Assembly (NCBI GenBank): GCA_001642005.1
Contig: LWCA01000003.1
Coordinates: forward strand, 62,001-126,000
Length of the DNA: 64,000 nt
From: Intoshia linei
Lineage: Eukaryota > Animalia > Orthonectida
Direction: 5' to 3'
In this document: piece by piece, positions 12,001-26,271 of the stretch
Layout of the letters: every line of letters begins with the position of its first letter
Position numbering within the stretch: position 1 is the first letter of the stretch
Made by a program: the position numbers and the translations under genes
Notes under the pieces: model-generated
Databases searched by the model: none
Seen by the model: the letters and a program-made list of their open reading frames with translations, nothing else
Told to the model about the DNA's origin: nothing

Positions 12001-14167
12001 ATGGAATACGATTGTGAAGATATGTGTACTAATGGAAATTCTTGGGGTCCAGTCGGAACAGTCGGTATAATAATTTTTATGGTTAAAATAAAAAAATATT
12101 TAAATATAATTAATTTGGTTCTCCTGTTTTGTAATTTTGCAAGAATATTTTAACTATATTCACCTAATTTTTAGCTAAATTGGAGAACTTACCGTATCAA
12201 CCATATTCGAAACAAGAGTTAATTGGCCGAGTAATTAATAATGTTCGTATTTTAAAATTATATTAGGTAGGTGATTGGAGTTCTTTAAACTACTACGACA
12301 AGAAAAATAATGGTATTTTATTTTAAATCTTATTTATTATTGTTAGAAAAATATAATTCGCAGTACCAGTCTTTGGTAAATAACATGTTGGATACTCGAG
12401 ATGATAAAGACTTTACTTTGGTCGATTCTAAAGTTAAAACAAAAAAGGTTAACATACTATTATTAATATAATTGTTAAATTATAGTCTCGATTAAATGTA
12501 AATCGACAAAGACACGTAAATAACACCCAAACTCGTCAAGTTAATAATGGGAAAATGTCAAATTGGTTCAAGTATAAATTTTGTTGGTATATTTAAATTA
12601 AAATTAGGGAACGCCAAAGACAAATTAGGAAAAAGCAAAAATTGTATAGTAAAAACGTGGATACTAGAAATAATGGAATTGTTAATTTTAAATGTCATGT
12701 TTCATATAATTATTAGATCAACTACCGACTAAGAAAACCGTCTATTGAAATTAGAGAAAGTTGGGAAGTTTCTGAAGAAATTGATTTAAGTCGACTCACA
12801 AAAGTTGTCATTCAAATACCTGAATTGAAAACTTTGTACTATTTTTAATCGTCTTTTTACATTTTTATTTTAAAGGCTATTCTGTGGACAAGTTAACTAC
12901 AATAATACAAATACTGACAAAATTACCAGTGCACAGGCCATACCTCTTAAAGATATGAAAGGAAAAAGCGTCAATATATCTGCTACAGATGATTGCGTCA
13001 TGCGAAATGTATTAAATTCATCTTATTGACATCATTTATAAGCGATTACTGGAATTTTAGTTTGCTCGAAACCGAGAAGCTAAAATATTTACCACAGATC
13101 ACGTTTTGAGTAGACTTATGAGTTGTATTAGATCTGTATATTCCTGGGATATTATTGTTCACAAAGTAAAAGATATGATTTTCTTTGATAGTAGAGATAA
13201 AGCACATTTGGGTATATATATTTTTCACTATTTGAATTTATTTAGATTACTTACATGTTGGAGAAACTGCGATAAATAAAAAGGTCGACGAAACTGATTT
13301 AAATTCACCTGCCAAAATTAGTGATGAGGCCACCAACGTTTACTATAACTTTAAAAAACAAGTTTTATCGAATGTAATTTTATTTTTGTTTCTGTACAAA
13401 TAGCGTTTAGAAACAATCTCCAGAGTTTACTTGGGATTCTGAACTGGAAGAAAAATTCCAAGATAGAGATTATCCATTCGCCGGTTTCAAGTAAATTGTT
13501 TTATAGGTTTTTGTTTATCTTCAATTTAGATACCAAAAATTTAACCTCGGAGAGTATTCTATACTTGTGAGGTGTGAGGTAGATGCTGTCACGAAAGGGG
13601 AAAATGGAGACAAGTACATGAAAATCTTTTCTCTAACTGAATGGGGTAGATTGGTAAAATAATTTTTATCTCTATACCATTTTTAATATTTAGTTGACGA
13701 ATCAGAGATGGAAAAATACATTAGACCAACAGCGAGCAACTGTTCTTGCCGAAGAAGTTAAAAATAACAATTTTGTTGTCGTAATTTCATCTTATATTAT
13801 TTAAATATATTTTTTTTATTAGGCCAGATGGGCAATTTCTTCCATTTTAGCTGGTGTGGATCATATGAAAATTGGGTTTGTGGCAAGAAATAACCCAGAT
13901 TCTAACACAGATCATACAATTTTACACACTAGAATTTTTACACCAACAGAATTTTGCACCCAAATTAACTGTAATATTGGAAACGCTTTTGCTATTTTTA
14001 AGGATATCATTGACAGAGTTATGGAAATGGACGATGGTAGATATATTTGCATGAAGGACCCAACAAAGGTTATTGTTGAATTATTTTTAATATAAATTAT
14101 TTTGTAGAGAATTTTACGGTTTTACACTATTGCTGCAGATGAATTTGATAGTGAAAATGGTTTTTAA
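12001..14167 (+). CDS. EIF3D: Translation initiation factor 3 subunit D, many short introns
   Basis: NGNSWGP, LPYQPYSKQELIGRVGDW, SCIRSVYSWDII, LVRCEVDA, RWAISSILAGVDHMKIGFVAR and MDDGRYICMKDPTK match conserved eIF3d blocks; TAA at 14165-14167. Confidence 0.95.
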
Positions 14168-14297
14168 TTTTTTTTACATTTTAATTATTATTTAGAATAA
14201 TCAAAATTGTTTACTAAAATTTTATTATTTTGATAATTTGTATAATAAAATTTTATCACCATGCTCTTTATAAACAAACATTATTAATTGTATTTTT

Positions 14298-17200
14298 ATG
14301 GAATTGGTTCAGGTTTTATTTTCAAAGCAGTAAGTTATTATTATTTTAAATTATATTTTTCAAGCTCTATAGAAGATGAAATTCATAGTATCAAATTTGT
14401 CAATGGAAATGTTTACCAGGTAAAATATACCATAATCCTTATTTTAAGAAATAAAATTTTGTTAAATTACATATGAATGTCTATTTAATGTTGCAAATTT
14501 TTATTTATCCCAACTTATATAATATGCGACGCGATCTTTGTTTGTGTGTCTGTGTGTCCTATTTTATTGAAATAACTAGCACTCTTAGAATTTTTGAAAG
14601 ACCACATTTCAATTACAGTTTTTTCCGAGACGTATAATAAGATAAATTTCACATCTTAAGGGTCAAAAACCCCTGTATCGTAATGTAAACGAATCTAATA
14701 AAAAACATTTCAATGTTTAACGTGGACAACCCTTTTAAAATAGACATGGTTTGAAAATTTTTTAATAAATAATAATTCAATATCTTTTAAACATTAAAAA
14801 TTACATTATTTCATTATCTTAAAAAATATGATTTTTCAATTATGATAATGTACTTTCTTTCAACTATTTTGTGAGTCCCATTGTAAAAAATTTTTGGATA
14901 ACACTAAGAGACAATTTTTAACTTTTTGTCGTACACCTAGACAAAATTACTATCATATGAAAGAGAATTTTGAGATTTTAAGAATGAACTATATAATTAT
15001 AAAAATCTAAAGGGAGTTTTTGAATAAATCACGAAATGTAAATTGTTTTTTAAAAAATATATAAAAAACCAAAATGTCTATAAATAAATTATACATTTTA
15101 CACGATAATAAAATAAGATGATGTAACTACATGTATGTTGATAATTAATTATATTTTAATTTTGATTAATTAATTATGTGCCTTTAGGTTTTTAATAATT
15201 TATATATCACCGTGATTGAAATGCAGATTTTAATGATATAATATGTGTATAGGTGCAAAATTTCGTGTCTTACTGTTATTTTTTTACGATTTCATGTAAA
15301 TTTAAAAAAAGATAGTGTAAGATTGTATATAACATATTCCCACTTATTTTAGTTTACCAGGGCTGGGTAAGGCCAATAATGTGCCTGTATGATGAAAATT
15401 GTAGCTCAGATACAAATTGAAAAAAATTGGTTCCTCTATTTATTATTCAACTTTTTATCAAAAGTTTTGTTATCGTTTGTAAAAATCTAGCATGCTCGAC
15501 CCCGAGTATCCAAAATATTCACAAATTATGTTTAGTCCATCCAATTCTAGAATATAGACATCTTTTCACGGACCTGTCATTGATAATTTAAATTTAACAA
15601 ACAAAACAGCAATGATGTCGAAAAATATTTTTATAAATACACAATTTGGAAAATAATGGCTCATTTTCATAATATTTTCATATATCAGGAAAATATGTTT
15701 CTACTATTTCTGAATTGTTATGTGAAAAAAAGAATTATTCTCAGGTAGAACCTAACGATCACAATTTTTACAATAAAAAATGAAATTCATTAATGTCGTG
15801 ATGATAAATATATTATAATTTAATATCTAGTTATTAAACGTTATTTTTTAATAATTCCATTTTGTGTGACCGTTCGGTTTCATTGGGAGAGTGTGAGTTA
15901 ATATAATATACTTAGGGACAAATGAAAGATGGGTTATTGGATGGATTTGGAAAAATATATATTGCTTCTAAGAAAATAGAATATACGGTAAATAAAATAA
16001 TTCCTTTTAAAATAAAATATCAGGGTTCTTTTAAAAAAAATACAATATGTGGTAGAGGTAAATTTATATGGAAGGATAAAAGGTATTTTAACTAAAAATA
16101 TTTTTACAAACTTATAGCACTTATGAAGGAGATGTTCAAAATGGTTTGAGACATGGTTATGGTACTTTTACATCTAGTTGTAAAGAGTTGAAATATACAG
16201 GATTTTGGAGCCATGGAAAGCGACATGGAAAAGTTTAGGATATTTTATTTTATTATAATACATTAGGGAAGACTGGATTATGATTCAACCGGAAATTGTT
16301 TTTACGATGGCGATTGGTACAATAACAAAAGACACGGTTGGGGGTTGAGACAATGGAAGACTGAAAATTTGTATGAGGGAGGATGGGTTGATAATGTACG
16401 AGAAGGTGAAGGGACTATGCGATGGATTACCAAAAAAAATATTTACATCTGCAACTGGAAAGATGGAAAACCTGTAATTTTTTAACCTACAATGTTTAAA
16501 AGTGAATTATATGAACAACTTATAATATTAAAATAGAACGGATCTGGTGAATACATTTATTTCATTGATAGAAAGCGAGATTCAGTCCAATTTTATTTGC
16601 CAAATGTTTATTCTGGGAATTTTAAAGACGGGAAAAGAGATGGAAGTGGAATTTTTTATTATTCGAATGGTAGTCGGTTTGAAGGAAATTGGATCAACAA
16701 CAAAAAGGAGGGTGAGGTAATTATTTTATCATTGTTATAATCATTAAAAGTTGAATATAGGGTCGTATGATGTTTCGAAATGGATTTTTGAAGATGATTT
16801 CATTTAAAAATGATGTGATGATAACGGATGATGTATACATTAATGGATTTAATAAATGCGATTGTAGCAGTAATTTTATAAAAGATTACAGGGTTAACAA
16901 CTTTTATAGAAAACCCTTACATGAATTTTAATTTGAATATTATTAAAAATATATTTAATTTATTCAATTATATTACATTCTCAGCGCTTGTTGTACTCTT
17001 ATTAGAAGAATACATGGTATCTCTGTAATATCTTATAATACAGCGGTTGACAACCTTTTTTTCACAGATCAGCATTTCCAAAGGTGTTACCTGCAAAATT
17101 AAACAATTGTTTCTATGTAATAACTAATAAATAAAACATGTTTGTAGAAGACGTTATTGCAGAGTTGCCAGATGTTTGAATTTTATCCCAAAGCCTAGAC

Positions 17201-20200
17201 AACCGCTAAATTATTATCTAAAAAATCTCACTTTTATGCGACCATTAATTTAATAACTTCAAACTCTTTATGTAAAAATCCCTTATTACGATTTTACTAA
17301 AACCTTTTAATTGAACCGAAGAATAAAAAATCAAATTTTACAAACCTTAAGGCGTAAGCATTAATTTAAGGTAAAATCTCTTTTTCTACATTTTTTTGAC
17401 AACTTGAATTTTACCAAACTTCACGAGAAAAAGGTATTAGTCCAACCACAAAATAAAAAACCAAAATTTTATCAAACATGAAGGAAAAATCTTTTTTTCC
17501 GAGTACTGTGATCTAAACCAGTGGTTCTCAATTGGTGTCCCTGGACCCCGTGAGATTTAAATAAAAAATTTATTAAAATTTGTTTATTTTTATAGGAGAA
17601 TTTTTAATATTTGTTACTTATTTGCCAAATGTTGTGAATTTATCCTAAAGCCTAGACGATTATTATATCAAAAATCTCAGTTTTATCTTATTAATAAAAT
17701 TTAATATAAAACACCATTTGAAACCCTCAGGGGAAAATCGACTTTTAATGATATTTTTATGAAAAATATCTTTTTTACAATATTTATTTGAAAAACTTTT
17801 TATTCCAACCTCAATATAAAAATCCAATTTTATCAAAGCTTAAGGCAAATTTTTTTTTTTCAATTTTTTTTTTTAAAAAAACGATTTACCAAATCTTATG
17901 ATAAAAAACCTGCAATGTTTTAATAAATATTTTATATTTTATGTTTCCTTTGGGTCTAAAAAAATATATATTTTGAATCGGAACCACTGTTCTAAACATT
18001 AAACATTTGTGAGACTCATAAGCGTCATTGTATTCCGTTTACATTTCACAATTTAGTCATTTATACATTTAAAAAAATTTGCTGGTACCAGCAACTAGTA
18101 GTACAAGTACCAGCAACCCTTGGTCATGGGAAATTACTCATTTCACATTAAATGTTTAGCTGAATAGTCACAATTTAATTTTTAAGAAAACTTACATAAT
18201 ATTATTACAATATTATTTTTTTGCGTTACTAGTTCAATATTAAAATTTGCAAACATACAATGCGACCTGTAAATTTTTCAACAGGACCTTTAGTGCCCGC
18301 TAACATGTATTTGGTAACCGATGTTATATTGTAATAAATTAAAAAATTGTTCCTGTATCTAGTTATAGTTTTAATTATTTTAGGATCGGATTGTATTTGC
18401 GATAATTGCAGTATTTACGAGTATGGTCCAGATTTTGTTCTAAATATTGAATTTCTGTTTGAAAATATTACAAACCATGAAGCACTTGAAGAACAAAGAC
18501 AGGTAAAAAAGTAAAATATATACAAATTATTTTACCTTTTAAATTTGTGATGATATGTGATAAATATTACCTGTTAATAACAATTTATAAAATTGCGGCC
18601 AAAAATTGATAACAAATATTATCTAAAAATGACAAATTAATATATCGTAAAGGTATCTGATTAAAGAAATTTATTAAACGTCTCGTATTAGAGACTTATT
18701 AGTTTTAATTAACATTTAATTAGAAAAAACAATTAATAAATGGAAAAATGTTTAGTTAATATATTCCTTGGTTCGATATTCTGCTAAATTTCGAGATGCC
18801 TATTCAACATATGCAAGACTTTTGAACGAACAAAACCCCGACAATAGTGCTTTATTGAGTAGAATATGTTTTTGGAGAATGTTGTTGGATTTAAATATAG
18901 TCAACGAAGAAAATACCTTGAGAGCATATGAAAAGATTTTGCAATTAAGTGTCTTATCCAACGAAGATGCTTTTCAACCTAATGGAAAATTGTTATTTAA
19001 ACAATTTATCATACAACTAACAATACTTTCCTATCATTTATATGGTTTTGAACTACAGAACAATGTGTAATATTCAATGCTGAAAATGTATCAAGTTTTA
19101 AACTTAGAAATTCAAAATACATACTGTCGGGTTGCATTTCAAAGTTGGTTTCGGAACATTTCACAAAAATTAATATTGGAGGTTCTATCTTTACAAACAA
19201 GGATATGGTATACGTTTTGAATACCAATGGAACTGAATTGTATAATTTGCTTGTACAGTACTGTAGAATATTTCACGTAATTTGAATCCAAACATTAATA
19301 ATCCATTTTAGAAAACAAACTTCTGTCAAATGTCTTTACGAAATTTTATTCATATGCTTAATGTATATATTTATTGTTTTAAATTTAATTACATGTAGGA
19401 CTTTGAGTATATTGACAAGCAATATTTGACAATCGACAAAATATTAAATGTAATATGTAATTATCTACCTGGTGTCAATATTGATGATTGTATCAATTTG
19501 GAAAAATATGTATCAAATTAATAATTTTAATGTATATATTTGTAGGTACTTTTTTTGGATTTATTTGAAATTTTGGCATTAATTTCTCAACACATAAGTA
19601 TTAATAAATTGACGAAAAACTATTATCAGGTTATTATCACTAATATCTAGTGACAACAGGTTTGTGAATTGGATCCCTTCTAAATGTATTTCAATTACAT
19701 ATTTGATAATCACCTAATAATAATTTTTGCGGTTAGGATAATAAAAAATGAGATTATTCTTAAACCCAACCATTTTCACTAAAAATCCACTTTTACCAAC
19801 CATTAAGGGAAAAATCCCAATTTTACCGACCCTTATGGGAAAACCCACTTTTACCAACCTTTAATGGAAAAATCCCAATTTTACCAACCCTATGGGAAAA
19901 CTCTGGGAAAAATCGAGTTTTACCTACACTTGAGGAATAATCCACTTTTACAAACTAATTATTAAGTATTAAAGCATTTATAACGTGTTTATCGATGATC
20001 TTTCTATTTGAAAACTTCATTTTGTTTCGTTTGTTATATTGAGTTTTTATGGAATACTCCGCAATTCTGTAAAACTGGAATTTTCCCTAAAAGTTAAAGT
20101 TAAGGTTTTTAAAACTGAATTTTTCCTTTTAGTGTTGGTAAATTTTGATTTTTAGTAAAAATAGTTGGATTTAAGTACAAATGCTTGGATTTTAATAAAA

Positions 20201-20832
20201 ATGATTGGATTTTAGTAAAAGTAGTTAGATTTTGGTAAAAATGGTTGGATTTTAGTAAAAATGGTTGGATTTAAGTAGACACCCATAAAAAATATATTGC
20301 AAACTGGATAAAATTGAGCAACTTTAAAAATAAAATGAACCATTTAAAATTATTTTAGACAAAGTCACCAAAATGTATCAGCAGTATCAGTATTGACAAA
20401 ATGGCTGAAGTGGAAGACCGTACGGAAACAGAATCTCCAGACAATGAGATGTTGGAAGAAACTGAAATGATAAAGAAAAGTGATCAAGATTTGACAGAAT
20501 TGGAAGACAACAAACAGTCTCTTACCCAAGGTACTGAAACTCAAGATGTCACCGAATGTGATCTAGACTCGTCACAATCTCCAGAAACCATTGAAACAGA
20601 ATCAATCAGGATGAAAACAACCTCGGCAGAGACAATCTTAACGGGCATAACGAAATTTGAAGATAAATGTGTGTACAAGTTCAACTACTTTTTAACAAAA
20701 TTACTGATTCCGCGTTTACAAAGCATCGTCGCTTCCTTTAAAGAATTTGACAACTTTTTAAAAACCCCGTCAAACGTAAGTAGCAGAAAAGAGTCACCTT
20801 GCCATACAACATTGAGCAAAGTAATGGAGTAA
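14298..20832 (+). CDS. RSPH10B: Radial spoke head 10B-like MORN-repeat protein
   Basis: About 10 MORN repeats (e.g. YEGDVQNGLRHGYG, YTGFWSHGKRHGKG, YDGDWYNNKRHGWG, YSGNFKDGKRDGSG), then FWRMLLDLNI/FKQFI helical regions and an acidic last exon. Start MELVQVLFSKH/SIEDE uses a GTAAGT donor. Confidence 0.85.
14507..14625 (+). mobile_element. Helitron family 5' end in RSPH10B intron 2
   Basis: A|TCCCAACTTATATAATATGCGACGCG followed by a (GT)n-like tract; matches the 5' end of the complete copy at 62397 and a fragment at ~51495. Confidence 0.7.
17519..17989 (+). mobile_element. Composite Buster-type hAT MITE nested in older hAT remnants (~17041-18323) in an RSPH10B intron
   Basis: Ends CAGTGGTTCTCAA / TCGGAACCACTG; TSD atctaaac/ttctaaac. 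Confidence 0.85.
19750..20284. mobile_element. Foldback (MULE-like) element with minisatellite arms in an RSPH10B intron
   Basis: Perfect 9-bp TSD ataaaaaat. The left arm of ~29-bp TTTTACCAACC..GGGAAAA..CC repeats is inverted against right-arm ~21-bp TTAGTAAAAATGGTTGGATT repeats. Confidence 0.8.
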
Positions 20833-20943
20833 ATAATAAAATTTTAATAAATCAACGATAAAATTTTACTTACTGTACAAATAATATTTTAAATAAATAA
20901 ATATACAAAAAGGCAAATATTCAATTAAATTGGTGATTTAGGT

Positions 20944-22481
20944 TCATTGTGTCTCTAATTCGAGAGAATCTTCACGTTTGTATATATTGACGCCAGATAA
21001 TTTAAAATTCTTTATTGAGTACAACAATTTGCTAATTTTGCTAGTTTTTGTAGTACTACCTGAAGATAAAGCGATTGCTTCAGAAAACTTGCGTGGTTTC
21101 GTTTTTTTAATAATTTCATAAAACTTTTTATTTTCAACATTGTGCAAAATATTTTCCTCGCTCTTATTCTTCTTTGGAAATTTTTTATCCAATTTTTTTT
21201 CACAGGTATTGACTGAAAAATCACATAAATAGTTTTCTTCAGATTTAGCATTAATATTTCCAATGTTTTCTGTTTTAATTTCATTGGCGCTGTCAGAAGT
21301 ATAACTACAAGTTGCCGAAGAAAACCACATGCTACGATGATAAATACGGGCCAACTGACGTAATTTCAAGTCCATTGAACTTTTTTCGATATTTTCAGAA
21401 TGCGATTTCAAAACAATCGATTTTGAAGAGGCAACGGACTAAAATAGCCAATTAATGTTAAATACTACAGTACGTAGATTACAAAGTCATTATCAATTAG
21501 GTAAATACCTTATCGTCGACATTTTGCAAAGATTTTGCATTGGATAAATTCACTTTCTTGTCAAAATTTTGGTAATCTGAAATAAAGTCTAAACGTGGTA
21601 TAAAGAAAAATTAATATTACCGATATTGTTGGGGATCATTAAAATTTTTTTATTGTTAGAATCAATAACACACATGGTGGTATTTGTTATATCGCAAAAA
21701 TATCGAATTTTTGAAAAACCCAATAATCTAGCGTGGTTAAAGTAATGAATGAGCAATTTCAAAACTTCTACAGCTCTGTTAATTTTTTCTAGGGATGAAG
21801 TACATGAATGTAAAAAGAAGCTTCCTGCCACGCATTTAGCTAAAACACCAAGTTGCATGCCATTCAAATCGGAATATTTTGTAACTTTGTGCCACATGCC
21901 CAAAATCAAAGCGACCAAGCGCTGGCGAACTGGAGGAAAAATATCTAAAATTCTAAAACTAACTAATAAAAATAAAAAAGTACGTTCTGATGTAATCTAA
22001 TTGAGAGTCGACATCTTTCAATTCAAGACAATCAAGGAGTTTGTCTTCAACTTCTTTTCCAAAAATTCCATCTGGGATTTGTAGCAAGAAAACTTTAAAT
22101 ACGGAAGCTAATGTGTAAAAAGAATATTTATCATAGTATATGGGTATTCCTTCATTTAAACTTTTGCAGATGATGGTTTGTTCCATGCGACTTCCAGGTC
22201 TACGGAATATATTTTCAGCGGCACAACCGCGCTGTGTCAAGTAATTTACTAAATCCATGAGCGGTATAGGCATAAAATTTTCCTTAAAAACCAATGACAG
22301 TGATACGCCAAATCTGAGTTTGAATGCAGCTTTTGGTAGGTAATTAAACTCATTTTTCGAAGGAATACACCCAAATAGATATTTCATATTTTGATAGGTG
22401 GTAGTCCTTAAACCTGCCTTATAATAAAACTAAATTTAATAACAAATATAAGTCAAATTTAATCAATGTATCCATAACCAT
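20944..22481 (-). CDS. Rho GTPase-activating protein
   Basis: FGVSL...MPIPLMDLVNYL...ENIFRRPGS (arginine finger), TLASVFKVFLLQIPDGIF, NGMQLGVLAKCVAGSFF; TGA at 20944. Start is inferred at ATG 22481 (ATG-only exon) or 22387. Confidence 0.9.
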
Positions 22482-22621
22482 ATTATATGCTTGTATCTCT
22501 TATGGAGTTGTCATTAGCGTTGAAACAGTTAAATGGTGTGTATAATACACGTTTTGCATAATTAACATTTTGTGCTGTAACTTTTAATTTATTAACACAA
22601 GAATAATATACAAATCATTAT

Positions 22622-25600
22622 TTAGTTGTCAAATGCAATATCTAGTATCATCATTAGAACAAAGCCATTTATCATAAATATCGATCCAATTTTGCTATTT
22701 CTACATACAAAAGTATAAAACATTAAATAATATATACCCGCCAGCAATTTCGGGAGCAATTTCGTCGAATACAACGTATATCATGGCCCCTGCCGCGAAC
22801 GCCAGAACAATGGGCAACAAGGAACTTATCGTTAAAGTGAATACAGCTCCTATTACTCCAGAAATTGGTTCCACCATTCCACTCAATTGGCCATACCTTA
22901 AATACTTAGCTGACATTTGAACGTACATATCATTGAAATTAAAATTACATGAAGGATTTATGGTTTGAAAGCCCAGCACACTTTAAAGGTAAACTAATTG
23001 CTAAACCCTCTGGAAAGTTTTGAATGGCTATTCCAACTGTCAATATTCTTAAATAAATTGCACACTATATTTGAAATATTACCTAGCTTTATTAAACGAC
23101 TCAACAGTATCAGCATTAGCAAATGAAACTCCTACAGCTAATCCTTCTAAATAACCCATATTTATTTACATTAATTTTTTGAATGATTAAATAAATGTGC
23201 AATCACATATTGATCATAATAATAACTTATCAAAATAAGATTTCAAAATAAGAAACCAAGATAGATGGCTAATTTTAAACTTTTGGGTTGTTCGGGTTCA
23301 TTTTATTAATTTGAAAGCATTTCCCGCAGTGTAATTTCCCCCACTTTTTGTTTTGTTTTGTCATTGGATCAAATAAATTATTCTTAAATTTTAAATCAAT
23401 TTTTTCTACAATATTAATTAAAATATTAGAGTTCCTTTCAATTTTACTAAAAAATAAATATCAAAATAAAAATAAAATTTTTTTACACTTTTGCATTACA
23501 TACCCGGTGGGACTACATGTCACTAAAAGTGATTTTAAATGATAATTTCTTCGCCTTTGAAATGACACGCAAAAAATGTATTTAATTTAACACAATTTTT
23601 CAATTTTATTATGTTGTTTGATAATAAACCAATATTACGATATCATAATTAAACCATTATCAAAAAGTATTCATTTGATTATTGCAAAATAAACCCATTA
23701 ATTACGTTATATATCCAAGTCAAGACTATATATATAAGTAAAATATAGAATTAATTAATTATAGATTATTGGAAAAGTAAATTGTAAATAAAAATTTATT
23801 TTATCAATAATCTACAATGTAAGACAATTTGGTTACAAGTCTTAACAAGTTTTCACTTGCGGTTCTTCATGGGATCATGAGAAGAAAATTTACAAGTGGG
23901 ATACAATACTTTTGACAGTTGACATTAAACAGCATACATCTTATTTTTCTACTACGTTGAATATATTATACATCAGTGTTATTAAGCTTTAAAAACCAGA
24001 GACCCCCATTTCAGTCAAAACTTTTGCGATCCTTAAAAATTTCAACTTCTTCTGGGTAGGCCTACAAGGTTGAGTGATTTGTAATACTAATACTATGCTT
24101 GTGATAACATTTGACATTAGGTAGCATTTCTATATTTTCCAACTACATATGAAGTATATAACACGCATAGTGTTAATTTAATAAAAAATTTTGGTGTACT
24201 ATATACGTTTTGTAGTGGCTCATATAAATGCAGAGCGAGCTCTGGATTTCCAAATCTAATTTTATTAAAATGTATTAGCGTAATGAACGTAAATCTACCA
24301 ATACTATCCACAGAATCAACACTAAAATTCGGAATTTGCATCTATGTGTTTTTTGTAAAGTATAAAAGTATGCGAAATAAAAATACTGTATACCAAAATG
24401 GAAAAAAAATGAACCACATAAAAATTGTTAGTTAGATAAGATTTTTGTAAATTTGAAGAAACAATTAATTATTAGTTTACATTAGGAGTTTCCAAACTCA
24501 ATTTGTCTACCGACCCTTTTTAGCAATATATTTTTTCAATGTACCCTTGAATAAAGTTTCGAAATCTTCATACTAATCTTTAGGAAATGTGTAGACGTTC
24601 AATGAACATATTTTTAAATTGTAGGATGATTAATTTTATTTTTTCATTTTTAATCCAATATTTGAAAAATCTTAGTTGATAATATATTAAAAATTATTTT
24701 TCAGCGGGAATCCATAGATTTCTGAGGTTGAAATTTTGCAGTTATATCAAATAGAATAAGCTATATCAGACTAACTTCTTTTTTTAATTTTAGAACCATT
24801 AATTAATTTAAATTTTTTGATTTAATAAAATAGTTTCGAAATAAAAAAAATGAATATTAAAATACTTTTTTGACTGTGAAGGCATCATTTATTCAGATTT
24901 AAATTTTTTGTGTGTGTTTGTTAACAGGATACAATTGTACCATCTGTAATTTTTTTAAATTCTAGGGCTGTTTTCATTTAAAAAAATGGTAATCTGGGGG
25001 TTTGATCGTGAAAATTATCTTTTTTGAGGTTTCCATTTATGATAATGTTTATTATTTTAAAAACTATCCCAGAATTTATCTTTAAAAACATTTTAGGATT
25101 GGTAAATTTTGATTTTTAGTAAAAACTTTTGAATGATTCATATATAAACCATTCGATTATTATGAATAATGCATATATGAATCATTGGATGTGAAACCGA
25201 AAAGTAGTAAATTCTAAAACTACTAAAAATTATATGAAATACCTTCCAATTTTAAAAAAAAGTAACTAAACCTTTTTAAAATGTAAATCATTATAATCGT
25301 AGACCGCGACGGATTAGCCGAAACTTCTCAAACGGACCCGGTGATAAACGTGAAGAAAATAAGTAAGTCCAAAAAGTTAAATATGTAAAATAAAAAATAA
25401 AAAATAAAAAATTAATACACATTATTTTTATATACCTGGAATATTGTGAGCAAAAATGGCACAGATCATTAAAAAAAATTTTTTCTTGATAAAAAATGGT
25501 GATTTATCAGACTGTAACTCAGGTTTATGCTGATGTGATTGTTTTTTTCTATTTATTAAATTTTTGTTTTTTGAAATTAGAGTCGGTTTAGGTTTTGTGA

Positions 25601-26153
25601 TAGTTATATTGGCCAAAATCTAAATTATCCAAAATTTATAAAAAAACACAATCAATACCTGGTAATTTGAAAGATATACATCTGTCAAATAAATAAACAC
25701 AACACCAAAAATAAATCCCAATGAAACGGGTACATATGGACAATTCTTAAAATACTGTTGTTTAGCTATTTCAACAGCCGGAACCAATAATGACCAAATT
25801 GAAGCAGATATCATTACCTAATCAATTTTACAATAAAATTAAAAAATATATATTGGTAGACGTAACATGATAAGGATTCAATCCTACATCAACTACACTA
25901 GGTGTTATGTAATTTACAGAAAATTGAGACTGCAGTTTAATAACCAAACTGAAGAAAAATATAAAATTACTCCCGCCGAAAATCCAAGACTTGCATCCAG
26001 GAATTTCTAATAATTGCTACTTTATAAATACTATATAATTGAAACCTTATCATTATTAATAAAGTATACAAGACTAGAACCTAGAGCAGTGACAAACCAC
26101 GTTAATAGTGTTCCTAAAAACGCTTGGTATATGTGATTTCCATTACTGATCAT
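22622..26153 (-). CDS. SLC39A11: ZIP11 (GufA-type) zinc transporter
   Basis: QAFLGTLLTWFVTALGSSLV, LDASLGFSAGVMISASIWSLLVPA, HNIPEGLAVGVSF, IAIQNFPEGLAISLPL, YGQLSGMVEP, LAFAAGAMIYVVFDEIAPE; includes a ~2.3 kb TE-rich intron. Confidence 0.95.
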
Positions 26154-26271
26154 TTTGAGATATCATGCATACTCGTTTTATACACTTTACACGTAATTGT
26201 TTACTCTTTAATGGTAACGAATCAGAGAAAGAATCTCCATGACTTAACTACAAGTTTATTTCAACATTGGT
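26154..26271. promoter_or_regulatory. Candidate bidirectional promoter for SLC39A11 and SCYL1
   Basis: Only 118 bp separate the two divergent start codons. Confidence 0.6.

Noticed and set aside
16870-17020. Apparent non-canonical (GA-AG) intron in RSPH10B
   Set aside because: A canonical phase-1 GT donor at 16870 joins the 18384 exon in frame.
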